The notes under the pieces are model-generated. The model worked only from the letters and a program-made list of their open reading frames with translations, had not been told where the DNA came from and made no database searches. A DNA stretch of 64,000 nt from positions 1 through 64,000 of the forward strand of contig JAZDNF010000001.1 of assembly GCA_043800255.1 (NCBI GenBank), read 5' to 3'. This document shows positions 8,714 to 16,724 of the stretch, piece after piece (the stretch's first letter is position 1; every line of letters begins with the position of its first letter). A program made the position numbers and the translations under genes. Source of the stretch: Candidatus Altiarchaeota archaeon (GTDB lineage Archaea > Altiarchaeota > Altiarchaeia > IMC4 > SCGC-AAA252-I15).

Positions 8714-11700
8714 ATGGCTAGGATGGATAACCGAACAAAAATTTTCATATCTCTTTTTATTGTTTATGCGTTCTTCACGCATCTCTACATAACAACAAAC
8801 GACGTGTCACGTTTCAGCCTGACGGCCTCGATTGTCGACAAGCATACGTTTGAGATTGGATCGCTGCCTAATAAGATAATCTATCCCCCATACAATCCAA
8901 TAGACTTCGCAGTCTACAATGGGAGGATATACTCCGACAAGGCTCCCCTAGGTTCGTTTCTGGCAGTCCCATTTTACGCCTTTGCGAGAATCGTCACCCC
9001 TAACTATTCACTACTATACTACATCTGTACTCTGTTCGTATCCGGCCTGCTGACGGCGTTGACCAGCGTCATAATCTACGATATGGGAGCGTATTTCACG
9101 GAAAATAGACTGCTTAGATTGCTTGTCCCCGTTGGCTACGGTCTGGGAACGATAGCATTCTACTATGGGACCATATTCTTCTCACACTCTATCACAACGT
9201 TCTTCGGGTTCGCAGCGTTTTACATCCTGTTCAGGATTAAAAGAGAAGATCTATCTCTGGGTTCTATTCCTCTGGCAGGACTCTTTGCAGGACTGGCAGT
9301 GTTAAGCGATTACTCGGCAGCTATGCTCTTGGGATTACTGTCCCTGTACTGCATTATAAGTTTCAAAAAGAGGTCAGGAATGTTCTTTATACCAGTGATT
9401 GCAGTTATAGGTGCGCTTTTCTTTTACCACTATCTGATATTCGGCAGTCCATTTACCACCCCCTACAAGCATTTGGGCAACCCTGCTTTTGCAGAAAAGA
9501 TTTCGGAAGGAGTTTATGGCATTGGCCTACCTCAACTTGAGGCTGCGGTCTCACTGATTTTTGAGCCCTACAGAGGACTGTTCTTCTACAATCCCCTCTT
9601 GATTCTGTGCATACTCTATCTGCCTAAGCTGTACAAAAGATATAAAGCCGAAGCAATCCTTGTTGTATTAACCTTCTTATCCTATTTTGTTTTCAACATC
9701 TCATACTTGGGTGATTGGTCGGGTGGGGCTTGCTGGGGCCCAAGGTTTCTGCTACCTATGTTGCCGTTCCTGTTCCTGTCACTCTACGAGATTAAGAGTT
9801 TTAAGGTTTTGTACGTCTTCTTAGGCATTTCGGTTATTGTAAACTTCGTCATTGTGAATCTGCCTATTCCATTGACATCCAGCCGGAATCCGCTGGTCGA
9901 GTACGGGCTGCCGTATCTCAAGCAGTTTGGGAGTATTAATTTCCTCAGTTATCTCCTTTTTTATACTGTAGACAACGGTCAGGTCAGCATTGATCCTATG
10001 CCTGTTCTATCCTTTGCGTTACTGATTCCGCTGGCTTTTATCCTTGGGCTGATATGGAGTGAGCGGCTTAGGGGTTCGATGAAAGTCCTAATCAGGCCGC
10101 GTTATTTTGTCCTGCTTCTTATTCTGGTTTACATTCCAATCGCATACTACGGCATCAGGGATATAGATTACCAGAGCGACGAGTACATTTACTTCCAGAT
10201 TGCGAGGGCCATAACCGAGGGTTCTATGCCCTATCGGGACGTGCATGCGACCCACATGCCTCTCATGCTCTACGTTCCCGCGGTTTTCTTCCGGGTTCTC
10301 GGCCCCAGTATACTGGTTGGGCATCTTGTCCCCTTGATGTTTTCTTTCCTCATGCTGGTTTTCATGTGCCTCATCGGAGAAGAGTTTAAGAAAGGCGCAG
10401 GAGCGTTGTCAGTTGTTCTGATGCTGATGGCTTCCCCTCTCTTTAACCTTTACAACCATCATTACGTTGGTGTAATGTTGGCCTTGGCCCCTGCTTTGGC
10501 GTCATACTACTTCCATTTAAAGAAAAGACCGATGCTGTCCGGCTTTCTTATTGCAGTGTCAATTTTCGTGAGATTGAACAATCTAATCCTCTTCGCCGTG
10601 CTCCTTTTTCTGAACCGGAAGAACACTGGATTCTACAAGGGCCTTTTACTGGCCTCGCCGCTCCTCCTTTTCCTTCTTGTCCAGAACTTCTTCAAGAGCG
10701 CGATATTATTCCAGATGACTGGTTATCATTACCTCATACGAGCCCAAGTGGATACGTTGAAGTATTTCCTTGGTCAGCATATGTTGGTTGTGTCGTTTTT
10801 TCTAGTTGGATGTCTGATGGTGTACTGGAATTCAGAGAGAAACGTCCGCACGTTACTTCTCATCTGGTCTAAGGGGAAGGATGAGTCGGTTACGTTGGCG
10901 GCGTATCCTATACTGTATGCCGCATTTATGGTGAGCCTGATTGATTGGACATTTATCTACTATTTCATGTTTATCGCACCTTTTTTGTCCATTCTGGCTT
11001 CTATCACTCTGCTCTCACTAATAGAGAGAAGGAACGATGTCCTGACCGTCGGCTGTGTTATGTTGCTGGCATTCGGCCTTCCTTCGTCATTGCATAAAAT
11101 CGCCATCGTATACCGGCCTTCAGACAACTGGTCTGCTTCGACGGAAAATATGATAAAATACATTACAAATGAGGTCAGTGAGGATGATCGCATCCTATTC
11201 TTAAGTCCTCTCGGACCGGAGATATCGTGGTTTTCAGGCAGGCGCATTGTCAACAACCTTTTCTTTTTCACTGTACCCTACGACAGGTTTGACGAAAAGT
11301 TCCTATCAGCTTTACTGGAGAATCCCCCTCTTGTGTTGATCGACTTGAAATACCAGAAATTCTTTGAGAGTCAGGGATTGAAATTGATTAAGTCGATGGC
11401 ATTTCTGAAGGATAATTACAGGCCTGTCTTCATGTCCGATGAACCTGATAAGGAGTCGGTGAGCGTGATATGGGAGAGGAGGGACCTGCTTCCAGAGTCC
11501 TTCGAGATTCCGGAACCTCAGGTTAAGGGCCGGATGTACTATTTTGGCCAGGCACTCTCGTTTTCAGAAAGTGGGCCGGTGTTAGAGGCAGGCGTTTTCA
11601 ACGAATCACACACCAGCGAGGTTTTCATACCAGAAAACTTCAGAGGTAACAATTCCTATGGGATACCTCTTGTAGCCGGAGACCTTTTGCAGTGGCCTAT

Positions 11701-12109
11701 AAGGCCATGGGAGGTACGTTCTGTGGGGGAGGGCGGCATCGTCAGCGAGGTGTGGTACGGTCCTGTCAACGGGGAGAGGATAGAACTGTTCGTCTTTTCC
11801 TACCAGGGTGATAACCTAAACTCGTTTTCACACATAGTGTTGAACTATGAGACTTCGGTCGCGGAACAGCTTAACATATACTCTGGATTCCCTGAAGTGT
11901 ACTCCAACGTATTCACCTCAACGTATCAGCAATTTCCTCTAGATGTTGGAAGATATGGGTTATTGCACGGTCTAATACAGCGTAAGAACAGGGGCGACCT
12001 GTCAGCGGAGGAATTCCATAAACTAGTCCCCAAAATACTTGGACAATCTGCCGTCAGCGCATACCCGGCTGAGGATGTCGGCGCTTATAGTAGTACTCTC
12101 GGTTTCTAA
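8714..12109 (+). CDS. Large polytopic membrane protein with two GT-C fold (ArnT/PMT-like) glycosyltransferase modules
   Basis: Module 1: NDVSRF..., YSDKAPLGS, WSGGACWGPRFLLP. Module 2: DYQSDEYIYFQIARAITEGSMPYRD. More than 20 hydrophobic segments; soluble C-terminal domain. Confidence 0.7.
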   Translation: MARMDNRTKIFISLFIVYAFFTHLYITTNDVSRFSLTASIVDKHTFEIGSLPNKIIYPPYNPIDFAVYNGRIYSDKAPLGSFLAVPFYAFARIVTPNYSLLYYICTLFVSGLLTALTSVIIYDMGAYFTENRLLRLLVPVGYGLGTIAFYYGTIFFSHSITTFFGFAAFYILFRIKREDLSLGSIPLAGLFAGLAVLSDYSAAMLLGLLSLYCIISFKKRSGMFFIPVIAVIGALFFYHYLIFGSPFTTPYKHLGNPAFAEKISEGVYGIGLPQLEAAVSLIFEPYRGLFFYNPLLILCILYLPKLYKRYKAEAILVVLTFLSYFVFNISYLGDWSGGACWGPRFLLPMLPFLFLSLYEIKSFKVLYVFLGISVIVNFVIVNLPIPLTSSRNPLVEYGLPYLKQFGSINFLSYLLFYTVDNGQVSIDPMPVLSFALLIPLAFILGLIWSERLRGSMKVLIRPRYFVLLLILVYIPIAYYGIRDIDYQSDEYIYFQIARAITEGSMPYRDVHATHMPLMLYVPAVFFRVLGPSILVGHLVPLMFSFLMLVFMCLIGEEFKKGAGALSVVLMLMASPLFNLYNHHYVGVMLALAPALASYYFHLKKRPMLSGFLIAVSIFVRLNNLILFAVLLFLNRKNTGFYKGLLLASPLLLFLLVQNFFKSAILFQMTGYHYLIRAQVDTLKYFLGQHMLVVSFFLVGCLMVYWNSERNVRTLLLIWSKGKDESVTLAAYPILYAAFMVSLIDWTFIYYFMFIAPFLSILASITLLSLIERRNDVLTVGCVMLLAFGLPSSLHKIAIVYRPSDNWSASTENMIKYITNEVSEDDRILFLSPLGPEISWFSGRRIVNNLFFFTVPYDRFDEKFLSALLENPPLVLIDLKYQKFFESQGLKLIKSMAFLKDNYRPVFMSDEPDKESVSVIWERRDLLPESFEIPEPQVKGRMYYFGQALSFSESGPVLEAGVFNESHTSEVFIPENFRGNNSYGIPLVAGDLLQWPIRPWEVRSVGEGGIVSEVWYGPVNGERIELFVFSYQGDNLNSFSHIVLNYETSVAEQLNIYSGFPEVYSNVFTSTYQQFPLDVGRYGLLHGLIQRKNRGDLSAEEFHKLVPKILGQSAVSAYPAEDVGAYSSTLGF

Positions 12110-12837
12110 CCGCAGTGCTCTATTATCGTCTCAGCAGCCTTCCTGGTCTCAGACGGAGTGAAATCGGAACTGCCCTTGTTTTTGACGTAATCTGCGACCT
12201 CCGATGCCTTCATGACGTCAACTGTTGCGTTCTTCAGGTTCAGTTTAACATTCTCGTCAGCGAACACGACTGCAGCGTGAACCCATATGTGAGGCGCCTC
12301 ACGTTCAAAGATTTTGTCCCTGTGCTTTAGGATGAAATCCTTGAGAACTTTGGCATTCCTTTTCGCCTGGTTGCTGGGACTGCCCATTCTGATTTCATAC
12401 TGGTTGCCGCCTTTGCCGACTTTGTACCGTTTCCACTCGTCTCCGTTGCACTCGACGACGCCGGACAGCGCCTTCGTCTCAAGCACAAAAATGCCTGTCG
12501 GGCCTAAGACGATGTGGTCTGTGTCGCCTCTGTTCGGGGGAACGACAACGCTGTTTATAAGATAATAGTCATCGCCCAACTGTTTAAGCTCATCAGTCAC
12601 CTTTTCCTGCGCTTCTGTTCCGCTCTCCCATACCAGAAGCTTCCTGTAGGTGTATATGCCCAATCCATAGGAGACGGGTATCATTACAACACCGATGGAC
12701 GCGTATGGGAAAATGTTCATAATGAACAGCATGAACGCCAGAGTCAGCAGCATTCCAAATAATAGGAGCCTGCTCCTGTTCAAATGTATGCTCTTCCAAG
12801 CGTATACCGTCTCAGCCTTCTCCCGCAGGATTTTCAT
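12106..12837 (-). CDS. Membrane-anchored NERD (PD-(D/E)xK-like) nuclease-domain protein
   Basis: Two N-terminal TM helices then GDTDHIVLGPTGIFVLETK and SPSNQAKRNA, typical NERD motifs. Confidence 0.85.
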   Translation of the reverse strand: MKILREKAETVYAWKSIHLNRSRLLLFGMLLTLAFMLFIMNIFPYASIGVVMIPVSYGLGIYTYRKLLVWESGTEAQEKVTDELKQLGDDYYLINSVVVPPNRGDTDHIVLGPTGIFVLETKALSGVVECNGDEWKRYKVGKGGNQYEIRMGSPSNQAKRNAKVLKDFILKHRDKIFEREAPHIWVHAAVVFADENVKLNLKNATVDVMKASEVADYVKNKGSSDFTPSETRKAAETIIEHCG

Positions 12838-12846
12838 GTCATAATA

Positions 12847-12860
12847 GGGTTTTTAAACCC
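12847..12860. promoter_or_regulatory. Divergent promoter region NERD/pilin: GGGTTT-TT-AAACCC inverted repeat overlapping a TTTTAAA TATA-like box
   Basis: Seen in the short gap between divergent starts at 12837 and 12903. Confidence 0.4.
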
Positions 12861-12902
12861 CCGTTTCAATACTTTATTATTAAAACATTCGAGGTGAAAA
12901 AC

Positions 12903-13427
12903 ATGAATTTGAAGAACAAGGCACAAGGTGCTATGGAGTACCTGATGACCTACGGCTGGGCCATCCTGGTCGTCATGGTCGTCGGTATAGTAATGTGGCA
13001 GCTAGGCATTTTCGATTTAGGAGGCTCGAGCGTTGCCACCTACACTGGCTTCAGCAGCGGTCTCAGGCCGCAACTGGCAGGAACCAGTCTAAGCAGTGGC
13101 GACTTTACTATCACCCTCCTGAACGTTGGAGGTACGATTGTTGATGTTGATAGTATACAGTTAACTATTGATGGTACAGCATGTGGTGGAACCATGACGT
13201 GCACATCTGGCGATGATGACAACACGGCGGGTCTAGTAGCCTGTGGCACTGATATAAACACACCGAACAATGCCCACCTTCAGGTGCATTTGACTACTTG
13301 GACGACTTGTGTGGCCTCGACAGGTAATGCAGTTAGCGCAGATGTTACGATAGGTTACACTGTGCAGATTGGCGATTTGACTGTTGACAAGAGTGCAGGC
13401 GGAACAATCCGGACTGTAGTGGAGTAA
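12903..13427 (+). CDS. Archaeal type IV pilin 1 (class III signal peptide)
   Basis: KNKAQGAMEYLMTYGWAILVVMVVG; SD-like GAGGTG at 12891-12896 favours ATG 12903. Confidence 0.9.
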   Translation: MNLKNKAQGAMEYLMTYGWAILVVMVVGIVMWQLGIFDLGGSSVATYTGFSSGLRPQLAGTSLSSGDFTITLLNVGGTIVDVDSIQLTIDGTACGGTMTCTSGDDDNTAGLVACGTDINTPNNAHLQVHLTTWTTCVASTGNAVSADVTIGYTVQIGDLTVDKSAGGTIRTVVE

Positions 13428-13436
13428 ATGACATAA

Positions 13437-13472
13437 TGGTGGGTTAACATAACCCACCACCAGATTTTTTTT
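13437..13472 (+). terminator. 10-bp perfect hairpin plus T8 tract between pilin 1 and pilin 2
   Basis: TGGTGGGTTA-ACA-TAACCCACCA followed by CCAGATTTTTTTT. Confidence 0.7.
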
Positions 13473-13491
13473 ATGGAGGTACGCTAGAAGG

Positions 13492-14010
13492 ATGAAAATA
13501 ATACTAGGCAGGAAGGCTCAGGGTGCTATGGAGTACCTGATGACCTACAGTTGGGCCATACTCGTTGTAATGCTAGTTGGTATAGCATTGTGGCAGCTTG
13601 GAGTGTTCGATTTGGGCGCTTCCCGGACTGCAACGTTCACAGGTTTCCCGACAATAAGGCCTCACATGGGGCTAAGCGGCGTGACAAGCGCTGGAACACT
13701 CACGCTGGTCTTGCTTAACGGCGGCGGCGGCACCATAGATCCAATTCCGGGTCTGACTGTCACCTCTGAGGACAGTTCAATAGACTGTGGACCTACCAAT
13801 GTTCTGATAAACGGCGAGGCAATAGCTGATGATCAGGCAATACCCACAGGAGACAACTTCGTCGTGACGGCGGCTTTAGGCGGAGCATGCCAGGGAACCG
13901 TCGGAAGCCAGTATGCGCTGGCTGTTTCACTGGTATATGACGTCAGCATAGGCACGACAACGGTTACCAACAAGAGGTCCGGCGGGGTAATCAGAGCATC
14001 ATACGAGTAA
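13492..14010 (+). CDS. Archaeal type IV pilin 2
   Basis: RKAQGAMEYLMTYSWAILVVMLVG. Confidence 0.9.
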   Translation: MKIILGRKAQGAMEYLMTYSWAILVVMLVGIALWQLGVFDLGASRTATFTGFPTIRPHMGLSGVTSAGTLTLVLLNGGGGTIDPIPGLTVTSEDSSIDCGPTNVLINGEAIADDQAIPTGDNFVVTAALGGACQGTVGSQYALAVSLVYDVSIGTTTVTNKRSGGVIRASYE

Positions 14011-14057
14011 AAAATTATCCTACCCTTTTTTTCTTTCTTAATTACAAAGTGTTTGAG

Positions 14058-14528
14058 ATGGTAACCCGAGGACGTAAGGCCCAGAGCGGTCTAGAGTATA
14101 TGATGACCTACGGCTGGGCCCTGCTCATCATACTGGTCATCGGAGTCCTCATGTGGCAGATGGGCGTCTTCGACACCACGAAAAGCATCGTTCCCGGGAA
14201 GAGCGGCTTCTCAGAGGTGAGGCCTTTCGACTGGAAGGCCACCGCATCCCCCAAACAGATAGAGGTCTACATACTGAACGACGCAGGGACGAGGGTTCAG
14301 TTGAATGAGATATACTCCACACAATGCAATGGCGGAATACCTGTGAGTCTGGGCGGGGTGGAGCAGAAGCCTGCAGACGTTTACGATCATGCAACCGTCA
14401 CAGGATGCTCCGGCTTCAATGACGAGGCTGGGGAGTACTATAAAATCGACCTGACCATAAACTACACCAAGGTCGCGTCCGGTCTTGTACACTTGAGCAC
14501 AGGCGACGTCTGGGGGCCGCTAGAATAG
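14058..14528 (+). CDS. Archaeal type IV pilin 3
   Basis: RKAQSGLEYMMTYGWALLIILVIG; alternative GTG start at 14049. Confidence 0.9.
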   Translation: MVTRGRKAQSGLEYMMTYGWALLIILVIGVLMWQMGVFDTTKSIVPGKSGFSEVRPFDWKATASPKQIEVYILNDAGTRVQLNEIYSTQCNGGIPVSLGGVEQKPADVYDHATVTGCSGFNDEAGEYYKIDLTINYTKVASGLVHLSTGDVWGPLE

Positions 14529-14529
14529 G

Positions 14530-15783
14530 TTATCCAAAGAATTCCGCAAGTTCATCCAACTTCACGTTCTCCTGCGACCTGTCAGTCATGTTCCTGACAG
14601 TCACCTCGCCGCTGTCAAGCTCTTTTCTCCCGACAATCACAACGTAATCTGCTCCCTGGTTGGATGCGATCTCGAGGGTCTTAGAGAGGCTCTTGCCGCT
14701 GAATTCGAAGTCCACTGAAAAGCCTCTGAGCTTTTCCCGCAGGTTTGCAGCGATCCTGAAGGATTCAGCCATCTCCTCGGCAGATACTGCCGTGACGCAG
14801 ATGAGCTTCCGCCTGTCTGCTTTAACCTTGTTCTGAAGTTCCAGCGCGTTGACCACCCTGTCGAATCCGAAGGCGAATCCCACGGCAGGAGTCTTCGGCC
14901 CGCCGAAAACTTCGATAAGGTTGTCGTACCTTCCTCCCCCGCATATCTGGTTCTCAGCACCAAGGCCGTCGACCCTTATCTCGAAGACCATGCCGGTGTA
15001 ATACTCCAGCCCTCTTGCTATGCCCAAGTTTATCCTAAAGTCGATGCCAGCGGCTTTCGCAAATGATGTTATCTCTTCAAGGTTTCTCAGTGCCGAAGCC
15101 GTCCCACCGCTTCCATCAAGCAGTTCAGCCGCTTTTTTCAGCGCTTCAACATCGCCCTTCAGGCCGATAACCTCAACGAATCGCTTCTCCTTTACGATAT
15201 CTTTCAGAGACTCGACATCCCCCTTGTCTATGAGCGTGAAAACCCTGCCATGGTCTTCTGATTTTATCTTCAGGTCATCGAGGAGAGCCTTCAGTATGCC
15301 GACATGCCCAATCTCAAGCGTGAATTCCAGTCCCAGCGCCTGAAGGCATTTCGACGCCAATACGATAATCTCAGCGTCGCTTGCCGGCCTGTCGGAGCCT
15401 ATCAGCTCCACACCGGTCTGCCAGAATTCTCTATACCTCCCCCGCTGGGGGCGCTCGTACCTGAACATCCTATCCGAGTAGTAGAGTTTCAGCGGCTTCC
15501 TCTCGTTCTTCAGTTCGTTGACGAACATCCTCGCGACCGAGGCGGTCTCCTCAGGCCGCAGGCAGAGCAGCCTGTCCGACTTGTCCTTGAAGACGTACAT
15601 GTGCTCCCTTATCTCATCCCCGGATTTAATCTGGAAGAGCTCGGCGTGCTCGAATACTGGCGTGACAATCCTGCCGTAGCTGTAGCTCTCAAACACTTCG
15701 GTGATGCGTCTTTCGGCGGCATCCCTTACTCTGGTCTCCCCAACCTTAAAGTCCCTCGTCCCTCTGGGGCGCTCTACTTTCAT
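14530..15783 (-). CDS. hisS: Histidine--tRNA ligase
   Basis: RPRGTRDF, LRPEET, FRYERPQRGRYREFWQ, RGLEYYTG, GGGRYD. Confidence 0.97.
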   Translation of the reverse strand: MKVERPRGTRDFKVGETRVRDAAERRITEVFESYSYGRIVTPVFEHAELFQIKSGDEIREHMYVFKDKSDRLLCLRPEETASVARMFVNELKNERKPLKLYYSDRMFRYERPQRGRYREFWQTGVELIGSDRPASDAEIIVLASKCLQALGLEFTLEIGHVGILKALLDDLKIKSEDHGRVFTLIDKGDVESLKDIVKEKRFVEVIGLKGDVEALKKAAELLDGSGGTASALRNLEEITSFAKAAGIDFRINLGIARGLEYYTGMVFEIRVDGLGAENQICGGGRYDNLIEVFGGPKTPAVGFAFGFDRVVNALELQNKVKADRRKLICVTAVSAEEMAESFRIAANLREKLRGFSVDFEFSGKSLSKTLEIASNQGADYVVIVGRKELDSGEVTVRNMTDRSQENVKLDELAEFFG

Positions 15784-15845
15784 CTTTTATACGATTAAAC
15801 ATAATACTACTACTATAGTTTATAACTTAGCTTCTTAGCATAAAA

Positions 15846-16724
15846 TTGGCAACAGAGGAGAAGACGAACTCGGCGAAGAGGAAGGCAAGGAAGAAAGAGG
15901 AGAAAGCCGTTGAGTTATCCTACAGGGGAATCGCGCTGATACTTGTCGTGCTGCTCATAGTTGTCATAGGTCTGTCGTACAGGGACAGGCTGCTCCCATC
16001 AGACAATGGGGCGCCCACCCCGGCAGTTGTAGAGTACGGGGACAACGTGACTATGAACTATGTTCTCATGTTCACGAACGGCACGATATTCGACACATCA
16101 TACGAGAACGTCTCAAGGGAGGCGGGCATATACAACGAGGAGAGGGTTTACCAGCCGCTGGCGTTTACAGTAGGCGCGCGTACTCTGATCACCGGAGTCG
16201 AGCTGGCGGTACTTGGCATGAAAGAGGGCGATGAGAAGATAGTCAACATCCCGCCGGAGCAGGGATACGGCCCATACGATGAGAAGAATGTGCAGGTGAT
16301 GAACCGAACATACCAGCTATCGAGGATTGACATAATCCCCCTCTCTGACTTCGAGAACACTGTCATAGCAGACCCCGAGCCTAACCAGACTTATGAGAGC
16401 ATTAACGTGCCATGGCCGATGAAGATCATCGAGGTCACGAACGAGTCGGTTCTTCTCGAGTACGAGCCAGATGTTAATTCTATCATCACAACGATGCTGG
16501 GCAATGCCACAGTAGTCGAAGTGACGGCTGACAGCATAACCCTGAGAGAAAACCCTGTCAAGGATTGGGGAGTGCTGACCAGGTTCGGCCTGGCAAAGAT
16601 TCTGGACTTCGACGATGAGTACGTTTACTTGGACTTCAACCATCCGCTGGCTGGCAAGACGCTGGTCTTCTCCATAAGGGTTGAGAGTATACAGAAGGGC
16701 GCTGGGCAGCTACCAGTCGCCTAA
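15846..16724 (+). CDS. FKBP/SlyD-type peptidyl-prolyl isomerase with N-terminal membrane anchor
   Basis: GTIFDTS, LITGVELAVLGMKEG, IPPEQGYG, DFNHPLAGKTLVF; TM helix IALILVVLLIVVIGL. Confidence 0.9.
   Translation: MATEEKTNSAKRKARKKEEKAVELSYRGIALILVVLLIVVIGLSYRDRLLPSDNGAPTPAVVEYGDNVTMNYVLMFTNGTIFDTSYENVSREAGIYNEERVYQPLAFTVGARTLITGVELAVLGMKEGDEKIVNIPPEQGYGPYDEKNVQVMNRTYQLSRIDIIPLSDFENTVIADPEPNQTYESINVPWPMKIIEVTNESVLLEYEPDVNSIITTMLGNATVVEVTADSITLRENPVKDWGVLTRFGLAKILDFDDEYVYLDFNHPLAGKTLVFSIRVESIQKGAGQLPVA

Noticed and set aside
3280-14528. Archaellum or hamus locus
   Set aside because: No archaellin, ArlH or single large ArlJ; two TadC-like genes and QxxxEY pilins indicate a type IV pilus. No sequence basis for calling a hamus subunit.
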